From: an uncultured bacterium
Lineage (GTDB): Bacteria > Margulisbacteria > WOR-1 > CAVSGV01
Assembly (NCBI GenBank): GCA_963699255.1
Contig: OY969425.1
Coordinates: forward strand, 1,410,001-1,442,000
Length of the DNA: 32,000 nt
Reading direction: 5' to 3'
Shown here piece after piece: positions 18,286-26,964 of this stretch (position 1 is the stretch's first letter; every line of letters begins with the position of its first letter). The notes below the pieces were generated by a model that worked only from the letters and a program-made list of their open reading frames with translations, did no database searches and was not told the origin of the DNA. The position numbers were made by a program, and so were the translations under genes.

Positions 18286-18339
18286 TGCCTCAATTTTTTG
18301 ATTGCCCACGCCTTTGGCGGGGCAGGAAGGGTGATCATT

Positions 18340-19536
18340 TTGGCGGAAAATAGATATCTTTTTACTTCGGAATCAGTTACGGAAGGGCATCCTGATAAGA
18401 TGTGCGATCAGATCGCTGACGCGGTGCTTGATGCGATCATCGCGAAAGACCCGCAGGCGAGGGTCGCGTGTGAAGCGCTCGCGACGAACGGTCTGGTGCT
18501 GGTCGCGGGGGAAATAACGACGGGATGTTACGTGGAGATCCCCTCTATCGTAAGGAACACCATTCGCGACATCGGCTATGTCAGCAGGGAGATCGGTTTT
18601 GACTACGAAACCTGCGGAGTGCTTGTCTCGATAAAAGAGCAGTCAAAGGATATCGCGATGGGAGTTGATAAAAGCTTTGAAGCAAAGGGCGGAGAGGTCG
18701 TTCACGAAGACCTTGAGAAGCTCGGGGCAGGGGACCAGGGGCTCATGTTCGGGTATGCGACGGACGAAACGCCGGAGCTGATGCCCATGCCAATCATGCT
18801 GGCTCACCGCCTCGCCCAGCGCCTTGCCGAGGTCAGAAAAAAGGGAGAACTTACATACCTGAGGCCTGACGGAAAATCTCAGGTGACCATTGAATACGTG
18901 AATGACAGGCCGGTAAGGGTTGACAGCGTTTTGATAGCGGCACAGCATTCACCCGACGTGGAATATGAAAAGCTTAAGGCAGAGATAATCGAGAAGGTCA
19001 TCAAAAAAACGGTGCCCGCCAAGCTCTTGGATAAGAACACGAAGTATTACGTTAATCCCACCGGCAGGTTCGTCATAGGAGGGCCTCAGGGAGACACGGG
19101 ACTTACGGGTCGCAAGATAATAATCGACACATACGGCGGCAGCGCTCACCACGGCGGCGGATGTTTCTCGGGGAAGGACCCGACAAAGGTTGACAGGTCC
19201 GGAAGCTACATAATGAGATATGTCGCAAAAAATATCGTCGCTGCCGGGATCGCAAAAAGATGCGAAGTCCAGGTCGCTTATGCCATTGGCGTGGCAAAAC
19301 CTCTTTCGGTGATGGTGGATACTTTTGGCACGGGAAAGATCCGGGATGAAAAGATAAATGAGCTGATCGAAAAGCATTTTGATTTCAGGCCGGGGATGAT
19401 CATAAAATACCTGGGACTGAGAAGGCCGCTTTACAGGCAGGTCGCTTCATACGGGCATTTCGGAAGAACCGATCTGGATCTTCCCTGGGAGAAAACCGAC
19501 AAAGCGGCTGTCTTGAAAAAAGAAGCTGGAATTTAG
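18340..19536 (+). CDS. metK: S-adenosylmethionine synthetase
   Basis: Motifs [16 protein letters not shown] and [17 protein letters not shown]. The TTG at 18340 follows GGAAGG (18325-18330) and gives (M)[12 protein letters not shown]. The track start at 18298 adds 14 non-conserved residues. Confidence 0.93.
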   Translation: MAENRYLFTSESVTEGHPDKMCDQIADAVLDAIIAKDPQARVACEALATNGLVLVAGEITTGCYVEIPSIVRNTIRDIGYVSREIGFDYETCGVLVSIKEQSKDIAMGVDKSFEAKGGEVVHEDLEKLGAGDQGLMFGYATDETPELMPMPIMLAHRLAQRLAEVRKKGELTYLRPDGKSQVTIEYVNDRPVRVDSVLIAAQHSPDVEYEKLKAEIIEKVIKKTVPAKLLDKNTKYYVNPTGRFVIGGPQGDTGLTGRKIIIDTYGGSAHHGGGCFSGKDPTKVDRSGSYIMRYVAKNIVAAGIAKRCEVQVAYAIGVAKPLSVMVDTFGTGKIRDEKINELIEKHFDFRPGMIIKYLGLRRPLYRQVASYGHFGRTDLDLPWEKTDKAAVLKKEAGI

Positions 19537-19540
19537 AGCG

Positions 19541-19570
19541 AAATCCCCCAACCCCCTTTAATAAAGGGGG
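19541..19570 (+). terminator. Conserved stop-proximal hairpin motif (copy 1), terminator-like but without a U-run
   Basis: The motif aaatcccccaaCCCCCTTTaatAAAGGGGG begins 5 nt after the metK stop. A near-identical copy lies on the minus strand at 28227-28257. Confidence 0.45.
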
Positions 19571-19807
19571 AATAATTAGTTGATTTGTAGAGCGGAGTTT
19601 ATCTCCGCGAAATTAACCGTTATCGCAGAGGCAAGCTCTGCTCTTACCTGACTTTGCTCAATACTCCATGCTCCTCTTTGTAAGGAATGGTGAGTTAACA
19701 GGTAGTGTCGGGAGAAATGTCAGGTGGTAGGGTCGTGGGATGCATTACACGCCTTACCCTATACCCGCGACCTTTCAGTTCACTCCACCTCACAACCCTT
19801 TCCATTT

Positions 19808-21139
19808 TTAGAGCAGCGATCCCGGAATCACGGGCTTTATGACCCTCTGATAGATATCGTACAGCCCGTACAAACCGAAGTCTTCCGGTCTCGGGATATA
19901 AGCTGTCGGGGTCAGCTCTGCGCCGTTCTTCAAGGCTTCTATCATTTCTTCGCTCGGAGGCTTGTATACAAATCTATAAACCATTTTATAGACAATCCGT
20001 GTTTTTGGCACGGACGCGAGTTTCCATCCGTCATAAGTGACTATTATCGAATTGCTGACAAGCCCTTCCGTTCCTCTTAACGGATCATTGACAACCCTGC
20101 CATTTAAATACATGGTGCTTGTGTGGCCGCCGTCCAGTCCGACGGCGTTCTCGGCTCCGGCTTCCTTCATGATCTCGGCGAGATCATCATATGTTACCCC
20201 CGTGCAGACCGGGAACTTCTTGTCCACGACAACAAAGATGAGCTCCCTGTTACTGGAGGTCCCGATCGCTGTCCTTGAGGTGGGAGAGAGCAGGGCATTC
20301 TTGATCTTTTCGATCAAAAGGCTTTCTTTGTGGACAGTTTGCCCGTCTTTCACGAGCAGCGGTCCGCCCGTTACCGCCTGTTCGACGTCTTTCCATTTAC
20401 CGGCAAGACCATAAACAAGCCCGATCCTGTCCGATCTATCCAACTTTGCCGCGAAATCCCTTGACCAGCCGTGAAGCGAAACGACAAAACCGTCTTTTGG
20501 TATTTTTGAATTGCCGTCCGTTATCGCCTCGATCGACCCGTCGCAATCCACGATTATCTCCTTGCCGTATCTGTTGGTTTTCGTTGTTTCCCCGTATTCA
20601 TCCGTATATATTACCACCTCATCTTTTTTTCTCGGCCTGTTCACCCCCCATATCGGCACGCTTTTTTTGCTGTTCAGGTTCAGAACGTATCCTTTTATTT
20701 TAGGTATCCCGAAGATGATGCTTTTATCCTTCGTAATGCCCACGGCGGTCCTTTCCAGTATGGATTTATTCACCACCTGGCCGTCTATTACCATGAAACC
20801 TATGGGGAGATGCAGTTTCTTTCTGGTCTCAAAAAACGACCCGTTGATCGCGGCGATGGCATTGTTCCGTATGGCGATGCCGCTTGTTCTTTCAAGGTTC
20901 CCGATAACGCCTTTTGCGAGGGAAGGTTTAACGTTTATCTTGTCGTTATTCAGATCGATCTTTAAGATGTGAATGTGTAACGGTCCCGCCGGCGTGAATT
21001 TTTTGAGGTATGAGTAGTTGATCCCCGGTACTATCTGTTTGCGCCACAGGAATATTTGTTCTTGATCGCAGGAACATCCAAAGGAAAAAAGAGTTATCAG
21101 CGCGGCCGCAAGGAATATATCATTTATTTTCAACTTCAT
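19808..21139 (-). CDS. Phosphodiester glycosidase family protein (DUF2233/NAGPA-like), secreted and possibly a lipoprotein
   Basis: Signal peptide ending ..LFSFGC. Motifs AAINGSFF, RTAIGT..LIFVVVD and AVGLDGGHTSTMY are typical of the family. It overlaps the upstream gene by 20 nt. Confidence 0.8.
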   Translation of the reverse strand: MKLKINDIFLAAALITLFSFGCSCDQEQIFLWRKQIVPGINYSYLKKFTPAGPLHIHILKIDLNNDKINVKPSLAKGVIGNLERTSGIAIRNNAIAAINGSFFETRKKLHLPIGFMVIDGQVVNKSILERTAVGITKDKSIIFGIPKIKGYVLNLNSKKSVPIWGVNRPRKKDEVVIYTDEYGETTKTNRYGKEIIVDCDGSIEAITDGNSKIPKDGFVVSLHGWSRDFAAKLDRSDRIGLVYGLAGKWKDVEQAVTGGPLLVKDGQTVHKESLLIEKIKNALLSPTSRTAIGTSSNRELIFVVVDKKFPVCTGVTYDDLAEIMKEAGAENAVGLDGGHTSTMYLNGRVVNDPLRGTEGLVSNSIIVTYDGWKLASVPKTRIVYKMVYRFVYKPPSEEMIEALKNGAELTPTAYIPRPEDFGLYGLYDIYQRVIKPVIPGSLL

Positions 21140-23825
21140 TTATTCTTTGTGCGTATATATCGTAGCTGCCGTACCTGTAATCCGTCCATACAACCACCGC
21201 TCCGCCTTCTCCGTCATCCGCTAACTGCGGGTTTCTTGCTCCTCCCTCTGTTATGCACAGCGGCACACCGTCTTTTTTCCAAAGAACTTCGCCGGATGCG
21301 GAGATCTTCTGGGCATAAATGTTATAGCTCTTATTGTTCCTGTAATCTTCCCATGTGATTATTGTAGAAAACTCATTGCTTTTGACAAGTTGAGGGGCAT
21401 ATTGCGTGCCCTCGGCGGTGCATACTGCGACCCCATACCTGGTCCACATTTGCTTGCCTGCGGTGTTAAGCCGCTGGGCATAAATATCCCAGTTAGCTTT
21501 TCTGTAATCCTCCCAGACGAATATCGCTCCGCCGCTGCCGTCAGTTATAAGTTTAGGATTGATCTGGGTGTGCGGCTCTGTGCATACCGGTACGCCGTCA
21601 CAGGGCCATGCGATGGTCCCGTCCTTGCTCAGTTTTTGTGAGTATATGTCATAATTGCCGCCGCTGTTGTCCTCCCAGACTATCACTACCTCGTTGTTGA
21701 CGCTTATGTTCGGCTGTTTTTGCGATTCAGGAGCTTTGCATACCGTAAGCCCGGTGTTCGTCCACATAACATTTCCGCTTCCGTTGATCTTCTGCGCGTA
21801 AATATCCGGCGTATTTAAATTTCGCCTGTACTGCTCCCAGGTTATTATCGCTCCATCTTCGCCGTCTGAATCTATATCCAGGTTTGCCTGCGTTCCTTCG
21901 CTGTTCTTTACGGGCACGCCGTCAACTCTCCACAATAGAGATCCATTCTTGTCTATTCCCTGCGCGTATATATTGAAAAGATCCTCACTTTTTCTGGAAT
22001 CCTGCCATGCGACGATCGCTCCGCCCTTTGAATTTTTGGATAGTTTCGGGCTTATTTCATTCCCTTCGGCCTGGCAGAGCCGTATGCCGCCTCCGTCCCA
22101 GAGTAAATTGCCGTACGGGTCTATCCTCTGGGCATATATAGTGGAAACGCCGGACCTTGTATCTTCCCAGACTATTATGGCCCCTCCATCGTCATCGCCC
22201 ACCAGCTCGGGGTTATATTGGTCGCTGTCCGCGTTGCATATCCTTATTCCATCCCTTGTCCATAGAAGCTTCCCGTTATTATCTACCCTTTGAGCGTAAA
22301 CATTCGAATAACCGTTCCTGTAATCTTCCCATACTACAATATATTCATCCTTGCCTGTTCTTTTTATCCGGGGCTTTTGCTGTGTCACCGACCCAAAGCC
22401 GACCACAACGCCCACGCCGTTGCTCTTCCAGCTTTCCAGCTTGTTAATATCTATCCCCTGAGCATATACATCAAGCCCGCCGTTCCTTTTATCCTGCCAT
22501 ACTATTATTATACTTCCGTCATTTGATAGTGATATTTGAGGGAACTCCGCGAAGTTGCCTTTGCAAACGGTCATGCCGTCGGGCGTCCATAACGTTTTTC
22601 CGTCTTTTGTCACTCTTCTTGCGAATATGCCGCCCTGAGCGCTTCTCTGGTCCTGCCAGGTTATTATCACTCCGTCAGAGCCATCGGAGACAGCTTGCAG
22701 GTTCGATTGATTTCCGGAAGCTTCGCATATGGAAATGCCGAATTGATTCCACAGAGGAGTTCCCGTTGATGACATTTTCTGGCAGAAGATATCGGAATTC
22801 CCGGTGCCGTTCCTGAAATCGGTCCATATGATTATCGGATCTTTTCCGCCCACGACCTGCGGTCTCTCCTGGTTTCCGGCCACATCGCAAACTACTTCTC
22901 CGTTCGTTTTCCAGAGGATCCTCCCGTCCAGATTTATTTTCTGGGCGTATATGTCGGCGTTCCCGTTCCTGTAGTCCTGCCAGGTGATGACAAAAGAATC
23001 ACCTTCGCAAGAAGCTATCTGGCTGTATTCCTGGTTATCAGGAGCTGTGCAGACAGCTATCCCGTTCGCCTGCCAGACGGGGTTTCCGTTCGCGTCAATC
23101 CTTTGTGCGTATGTGTCGTAATAATCGCCTCTTTTATCGTCCCAGCATATGACCGCCCCGCCTGATCCGTCGGAAGTTATCTTTGGATGCCACTGTGTTC
23201 CTTCTTCAGTGCACACTGGCACTCCGTTAAGCTGCCACTCTACAGAGCCCGCCTTGCTGATGTTCTGGGCGTAGACATCTTCACCCTTTCCTGATCTGTA
23301 GTCATACCAGGTGATTATTGCGCCGCCCGCGCCGTTGCCGGCGAGCTGAGGTTCCAGCTGGTTCGTTTCATTTGTGCATACCGGGATGCCGTCTTTTGCC
23401 CAGATCTCATTGCCGCTCATACTCAGCTTCTGGGCATAAATGTCGGCATTGCCGTTGCGGTAATCCTGCCAGGTGACCATCACTGATTTTCCGTCGCTTA
23501 TTATCTGGGGAGAGGTTTGGTTCCCCGGAGCTTCGCATACGCCTACGCCGCTCTTCCCCCATAGCTTTGCGCCGCCGCTGTCCAGCCTCTGCGCATAAAT
23601 GTCGGTGTAACCGTTCCTTTCGTCTTCCCAGACTATTACTGAAGAGCTATCATCCAGGCCGACCACTTTTGCGTTCTGCCTCATGCTTCTCCCCTGAGAA
23701 TCATTTATAACAACGCCGTTCTTCTGCCACAAAGTCCTGCCGGAAGTAAGATTGCCGCCGCCGACCTGTGAAAAAGCTGGGGTGGAGACGAGCGCGAGGA
23801 TAAGTATCAGGATTATTCTGAACAT
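21120..23825 (-). CDS. Secreted protein made of 16 tandem roughly 54-aa repeats (W..DxRxGxxDIYAQ(R/K)i...G...W), probably beta-propeller-like; function unknown
   Basis: Signal peptide MFRIILILILALVSTPAFSQ. I counted sixteen (I/V)(Y/F)(A/S/C)(Q/R)-type repeat ends. The ATG at 23825 overlaps the smc TGA (TGATG). The track's TTG at 23828 is an alternative start. Confidence 0.85.
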   Translation of the reverse strand: MFRIILILILALVSTPAFSQVGGGNLTSGRTLWQKNGVVINDSQGRSMRQNAKVVGLDDSSSVIVWEDERNGYTDIYAQRLDSGGAKLWGKSGVGVCEAPGNQTSPQIISDGKSVMVTWQDYRNGNADIYAQKLSMSGNEIWAKDGIPVCTNETNQLEPQLAGNGAGGAIITWYDYRSGKGEDVYAQNISKAGSVEWQLNGVPVCTEEGTQWHPKITSDGSGGAVICWDDKRGDYYDTYAQRIDANGNPVWQANGIAVCTAPDNQEYSQIASCEGDSFVITWQDYRNGNADIYAQKINLDGRILWKTNGEVVCDVAGNQERPQVVGGKDPIIIWTDFRNGTGNSDIFCQKMSSTGTPLWNQFGISICEASGNQSNLQAVSDGSDGVIITWQDQRSAQGGIFARRVTKDGKTLWTPDGMTVCKGNFAEFPQISLSNDGSIIIVWQDKRNGGLDVYAQGIDINKLESWKSNGVGVVVGFGSVTQQKPRIKRTGKDEYIVVWEDYRNGYSNVYAQRVDNNGKLLWTRDGIRICNADSDQYNPELVGDDDGGAIIVWEDTRSGVSTIYAQRIDPYGNLLWDGGGIRLCQAEGNEISPKLSKNSKGGAIVAWQDSRKSEDLFNIYAQGIDKNGSLLWRVDGVPVKNSEGTQANLDIDSDGEDGAIITWEQYRRNLNTPDIYAQKINGSGNVMWTNTGLTVCKAPESQKQPNISVNNEVVIVWEDNSGGNYDIYSQKLSKDGTIAWPCDGVPVCTEPHTQINPKLITDGSGGAIFVWEDYRKANWDIYAQRLNTAGKQMWTRYGVAVCTAEGTQYAPQLVKSNEFSTIITWEDYRNNKSYNIYAQKISASGEVLWKKDGVPLCITEGGARNPQLADDGEGGAVVVWTDYRYGSYDIYAQRINEVENK

Positions 23826-26818
23826 CAAGCGGCCTTTGCCAGCTTTACGGATACGACCTTTGAAACGCCGGGTTCTTCCATCGTGATACCGTATAAGGTA
23901 TCCGCGATCTCCATGGTTGATTTGTTGTGCGTTATGAACACGACCTGCGTTTGTTTCGAGAATTCCGAGAGCAGTTTGGTGAATCTGCGGATGTTCGCCT
24001 CATCAAGCGCAGAATCCGCTTCATCCAGGAGGCAGAACGGGCTCGGATGTGTTTTAAGAAGGGCGAATAGCAGTGCTATCGCGGTAAGCGCCCTCTCTCC
24101 GCCGGACATCGCGGAGAGATTAAGCCATTTCTTTCCGCCGGGCCGCGCGATTATTTCTATGCCGCCTTCAAGGATATCCTCCCCTTCGGGAGTCACAAGC
24201 TTTGCTTCCCCTCCCTCGAACAGGGTCGCGAATATCTCCGAAAAGTTCCTGTTGATCACTTTCATCGTTTCGATGAAATCTTCCCTTGCTTTTGCGTCCA
24301 GTTCCTTTATAAGGTTCGAAAGGTTCTCCCTTGCCACCGTCAGGTCATTGTACTGGCTTTCGATGAAGCCGAACCTTTCGCGCGCTTTTTCAAACTCTTC
24401 CGTGGCCAGAAGGTTCACGGGACCGAGGGAAACGATCGCCCTTCTTAAACTATCCGCTTCTTCTTTGGCTTTTGTAGCGGCAGGGATCTCAAAGTCACTG
24501 GACAGGATATTTTCGATGGTCATTCCGTAATCGGCGAGCATTTTTTCGCTTATCGACGTCAACTCGCCTTCAAATTTGGCCAGAGAGACCTCTTCCTTTG
24601 AAAGGGCGTCCCTGTAAGATCTGTCCTCGCTTGTTCCGCCGGCCAGACGCTTTTCCACGTCCTCTATTTCACCCTCCAGCTTCGATTTTGCCTTCAGGTT
24701 CAGCTCAAGATTCTTTGCCAGCTCTTTTTCATCTTCAGTTATCCTGGGCAGGGACCCTTCAAGTTCCTTGATCCGGTCTGTTGTCTGAACAAGCCTTTCT
24801 TCCATTTCCGCCATGTTCCCCGAGCTTATGAATTCATTTATGGATTGTATATCGGTCTTTATCTTTACCGATTCGCTTTGCAGGTTTTCATATTTGGAAG
24901 TGATGCCGGCATAGGCCGCCCTTGTTTCGGCAAAGCCGGAGAAGAGAGCCTCTTTTTCCCTGATCACGCCGTTCAGCTTTGCACTTGCTTCGGCCAATCT
25001 GCCGTTCAGTGCTTTATTTTCTTCTTCAAGGGACCTGATGTTAGAGGAGAGCGTCTCTTTCCTGGCGCAGATGTCTTCAAGTTCAATGTTTCTCGCGGAC
25101 AAGCTTTTTTTAGCGAGATCAAGCTCTTCCGACATGTTCTTCAGTTCAAGGTCATTGGACTGCGATTCATGGTTGACCTTTGCCTGTTCGATAAGGGTCT
25201 CTATCTCTCTTTCTTTTGCGAGAGCGTTTTTCACTTTTTCCATGATGCTTCCGCCGGTCAGAGTGCCGCCTGAAAAAATAAGGTCCCCATTCAATGATAC
25301 TCTTCTTATCTTGACGTCCGCGCCGAGATCCAGTTCCGCGCCTATTTCGCAGGCATCCGCTTTGACCAGCCTGGAGGCCGGCCCGTGGATCCCGTTGAAC
25401 GAAATTTTCAGCGTTTCCGTGGAAACAGGGAAAGCATCCGTTTTGATGAGATTGTTCTTAAGCCTGCTGTCCAGGGAGCTCGACACGGACTTAAGCTGCT
25501 CAAGTTTTTCCGAAAGTTCCCGCGATTGCCTGGTGAGTTTTTCGATCAGCTCCTGGTCGTGCCGCGACTCTTCTTTTGCAAGCCTTAGATTGCTTTCCAG
25601 TTCTATCAGTTTGTTCCGCTCCAGGGACAGGGCGCCCTCTTTCTCAAGAATTCCCGCCTTCAGGTCGAGCGCCTCTTTCTCAAGCTTTTCCTGCTCGCTC
25701 CTCGCCCGTGTGACGCTCGCTTCCGCTTCCATTTGTTCCTCGGAGGATCTTTTGACGGTCTTCTGCAGGGAGGATAGCTCTTCCTCAACTTCCTTTTCTC
25801 TGTTCTTTAAGGATGCGATTTTCGAGGAATGATCTATCAGCTGGGACTTCGCGTCAGCTATCCTTTCCTCAAGGTTCCTCTTCTTTTCGTTCTCAAGAAG
25901 TATGGAGCTTTTGTTCTCTTCATATGAAAGTTTCGCCTGGCTCATTGAGAGGCGCAGCCCTTCGATCTCCCCGGTCAGGACCCTTAGCGCTTCTTTTTTG
26001 GAGGACTTTTCAGATTCATACTGCTGGGTCAGGCTGAGGCCGGCCTCCATCTGGGACCTGAGGAAGGATATCTTCTCATCGATGACTTTTTTCTTTTCGG
26101 TGATAGCCGAGATCTGCCTCTTTGAAAGGCCGACTTCGAGCGTTTTCAATTTATCTTTCAGTTCTTTGAACTGGGCCGCTTTTTTCGCCTGCTCTTCAAG
26201 CACGGACAGCTGGTTTGAGATCTCGCTTTTCAGGTCCGCGATCCTCAGCATATTCTGTTCGGTGGCGATGAGCTTTCTCTCCGCGGCGGTCTTTCTGAAT
26301 TTGTATTTGTTTATTTTCGCGGCTTCCTCGAAGAGTTCCCTTCGTTCCTCAGGCTTTGAGGAAAGCACCGCATCAACGCGCCCCTGGCTTATGATCGAAT
26401 ACGATCCCCCGCCAAGGCCCGTATCGAAGAAAATGTCCCTGATGTCCTTAAGACGGCAGCTCGCCTTGTTAATGAAGAATTCGCTCTCTCCCGAGCGGAA
26501 CGTCCTGCGTTTTATTGCAAGCTCCGCGAATTCGGTTTTTATCTTGTTGTCGGTGTTGTCAAGCTCTATTGATACTTCCGCGAGTGAAAGGGGTTTTCTG
26601 CCGGAAGACCCGGCAAAAATGACTTCCTCAAGAGCAGAACTTCTCAGTTCCTTCGGGTTCTGCTCCCCAAGGACCCATCTAATGGCGTCCACTATGTTGC
26701 TCTTGCCACAGCCATTGGGTCCTACGATAGCTGTTATACTGCCGGGAGGATTAAACTCGATAACTGTTTTATCTGCAAAAGTTTTAAATCCCCTCAGCGA
26801 GAGGTTTTTAAGGTACAA
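23825..26818 (-). CDS. smc: Chromosome partition protein Smc (997 aa, unusually short hinge)
   Basis: N-terminus (M)YLKNLSLRGFKTFAD..GPNGCGKSNIVDAIRWVLGEQ. C-terminus has MSGGERALTA (signature), LLDEADSALD (Walker B) and ITHNK. Long heptad-rich arms lie between. TTG start preceded by GGAGGGGG. Confidence 0.92.
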   Translation of the reverse strand: MYLKNLSLRGFKTFADKTVIEFNPPGSITAIVGPNGCGKSNIVDAIRWVLGEQNPKELRSSALEEVIFAGSSGRKPLSLAEVSIELDNTDNKIKTEFAELAIKRRTFRSGESEFFINKASCRLKDIRDIFFDTGLGGGSYSIISQGRVDAVLSSKPEERRELFEEAAKINKYKFRKTAAERKLIATEQNMLRIADLKSEISNQLSVLEEQAKKAAQFKELKDKLKTLEVGLSKRQISAITEKKKVIDEKISFLRSQMEAGLSLTQQYESEKSSKKEALRVLTGEIEGLRLSMSQAKLSYEENKSSILLENEKKRNLEERIADAKSQLIDHSSKIASLKNREKEVEEELSSLQKTVKRSSEEQMEAEASVTRARSEQEKLEKEALDLKAGILEKEGALSLERNKLIELESNLRLAKEESRHDQELIEKLTRQSRELSEKLEQLKSVSSSLDSRLKNNLIKTDAFPVSTETLKISFNGIHGPASRLVKADACEIGAELDLGADVKIRRVSLNGDLIFSGGTLTGGSIMEKVKNALAKEREIETLIEQAKVNHESQSNDLELKNMSEELDLAKKSLSARNIELEDICARKETLSSNIRSLEEENKALNGRLAEASAKLNGVIREKEALFSGFAETRAAYAGITSKYENLQSESVKIKTDIQSINEFISSGNMAEMEERLVQTTDRIKELEGSLPRITEDEKELAKNLELNLKAKSKLEGEIEDVEKRLAGGTSEDRSYRDALSKEEVSLAKFEGELTSISEKMLADYGMTIENILSSDFEIPAATKAKEEADSLRRAIVSLGPVNLLATEEFEKARERFGFIESQYNDLTVARENLSNLIKELDAKAREDFIETMKVINRNFSEIFATLFEGGEAKLVTPEGEDILEGGIEIIARPGGKKWLNLSAMSGGERALTAIALLFALLKTHPSPFCLLDEADSALDEANIRRFTKLLSEFSKQTQVVFITHNKSTMEIADTLYGITMEEPGVSKVVSVKLAKAA

Positions 26819-26839
26819 TATACCCCCTCCGTTTTGGTT

Positions 26840-26868
26840 ATATTAGCACAGTATTTTACGGAGGTCAA
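26840..26868 (-). promoter_or_regulatory. Candidate sigma70-type promoter for smc
   Basis: The minus strand reads TTGACC (26868-26863), a 17-nt spacer, then TAATAT (26845-26840), with TG at the extended -10 position. Confidence 0.6.
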
Positions 26869-26877
26869 ACGTGTTTT

Positions 26878-26964
26878 TCATGCAGGGTAGGGTGCTTCCC
26901 CCTCCACCACATCAAGCTTCTCTTTCGTAAACCCAAATAAATCCCCGGCAAAAGTTTTAATCTT
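26878..26964 (-). pseudogene. Relic 2: a short open frame encoding an R-M methyltransferase-type C-terminus (..FAGDLFGFTKEKLDVVEGEAPYPA-stop)
   Basis: Hand translation of the minus strand. The frame is open only from the stop at 26965-26967. It is homologous at codon level to relic 1 (28260-28343). Confidence 0.45.

Noticed and set aside
18256-18339. SAM riboswitch upstream of metK
   Set aside because: The predicted promoter leaves only about 50 nt of leader. That is too short for a SAM-I or SAM-II aptamer, and I saw no aptamer-like helices.
23883-26846. Long plus-strand ORFs (215, 142, 264 and 314 aa) across smc
   Set aside because: They are antisense to the coiled-coil-encoding smc. Their Ser/Leu/Phe-rich low-complexity translations are the expected mirror of Glu/Lys/Leu-rich heptads.
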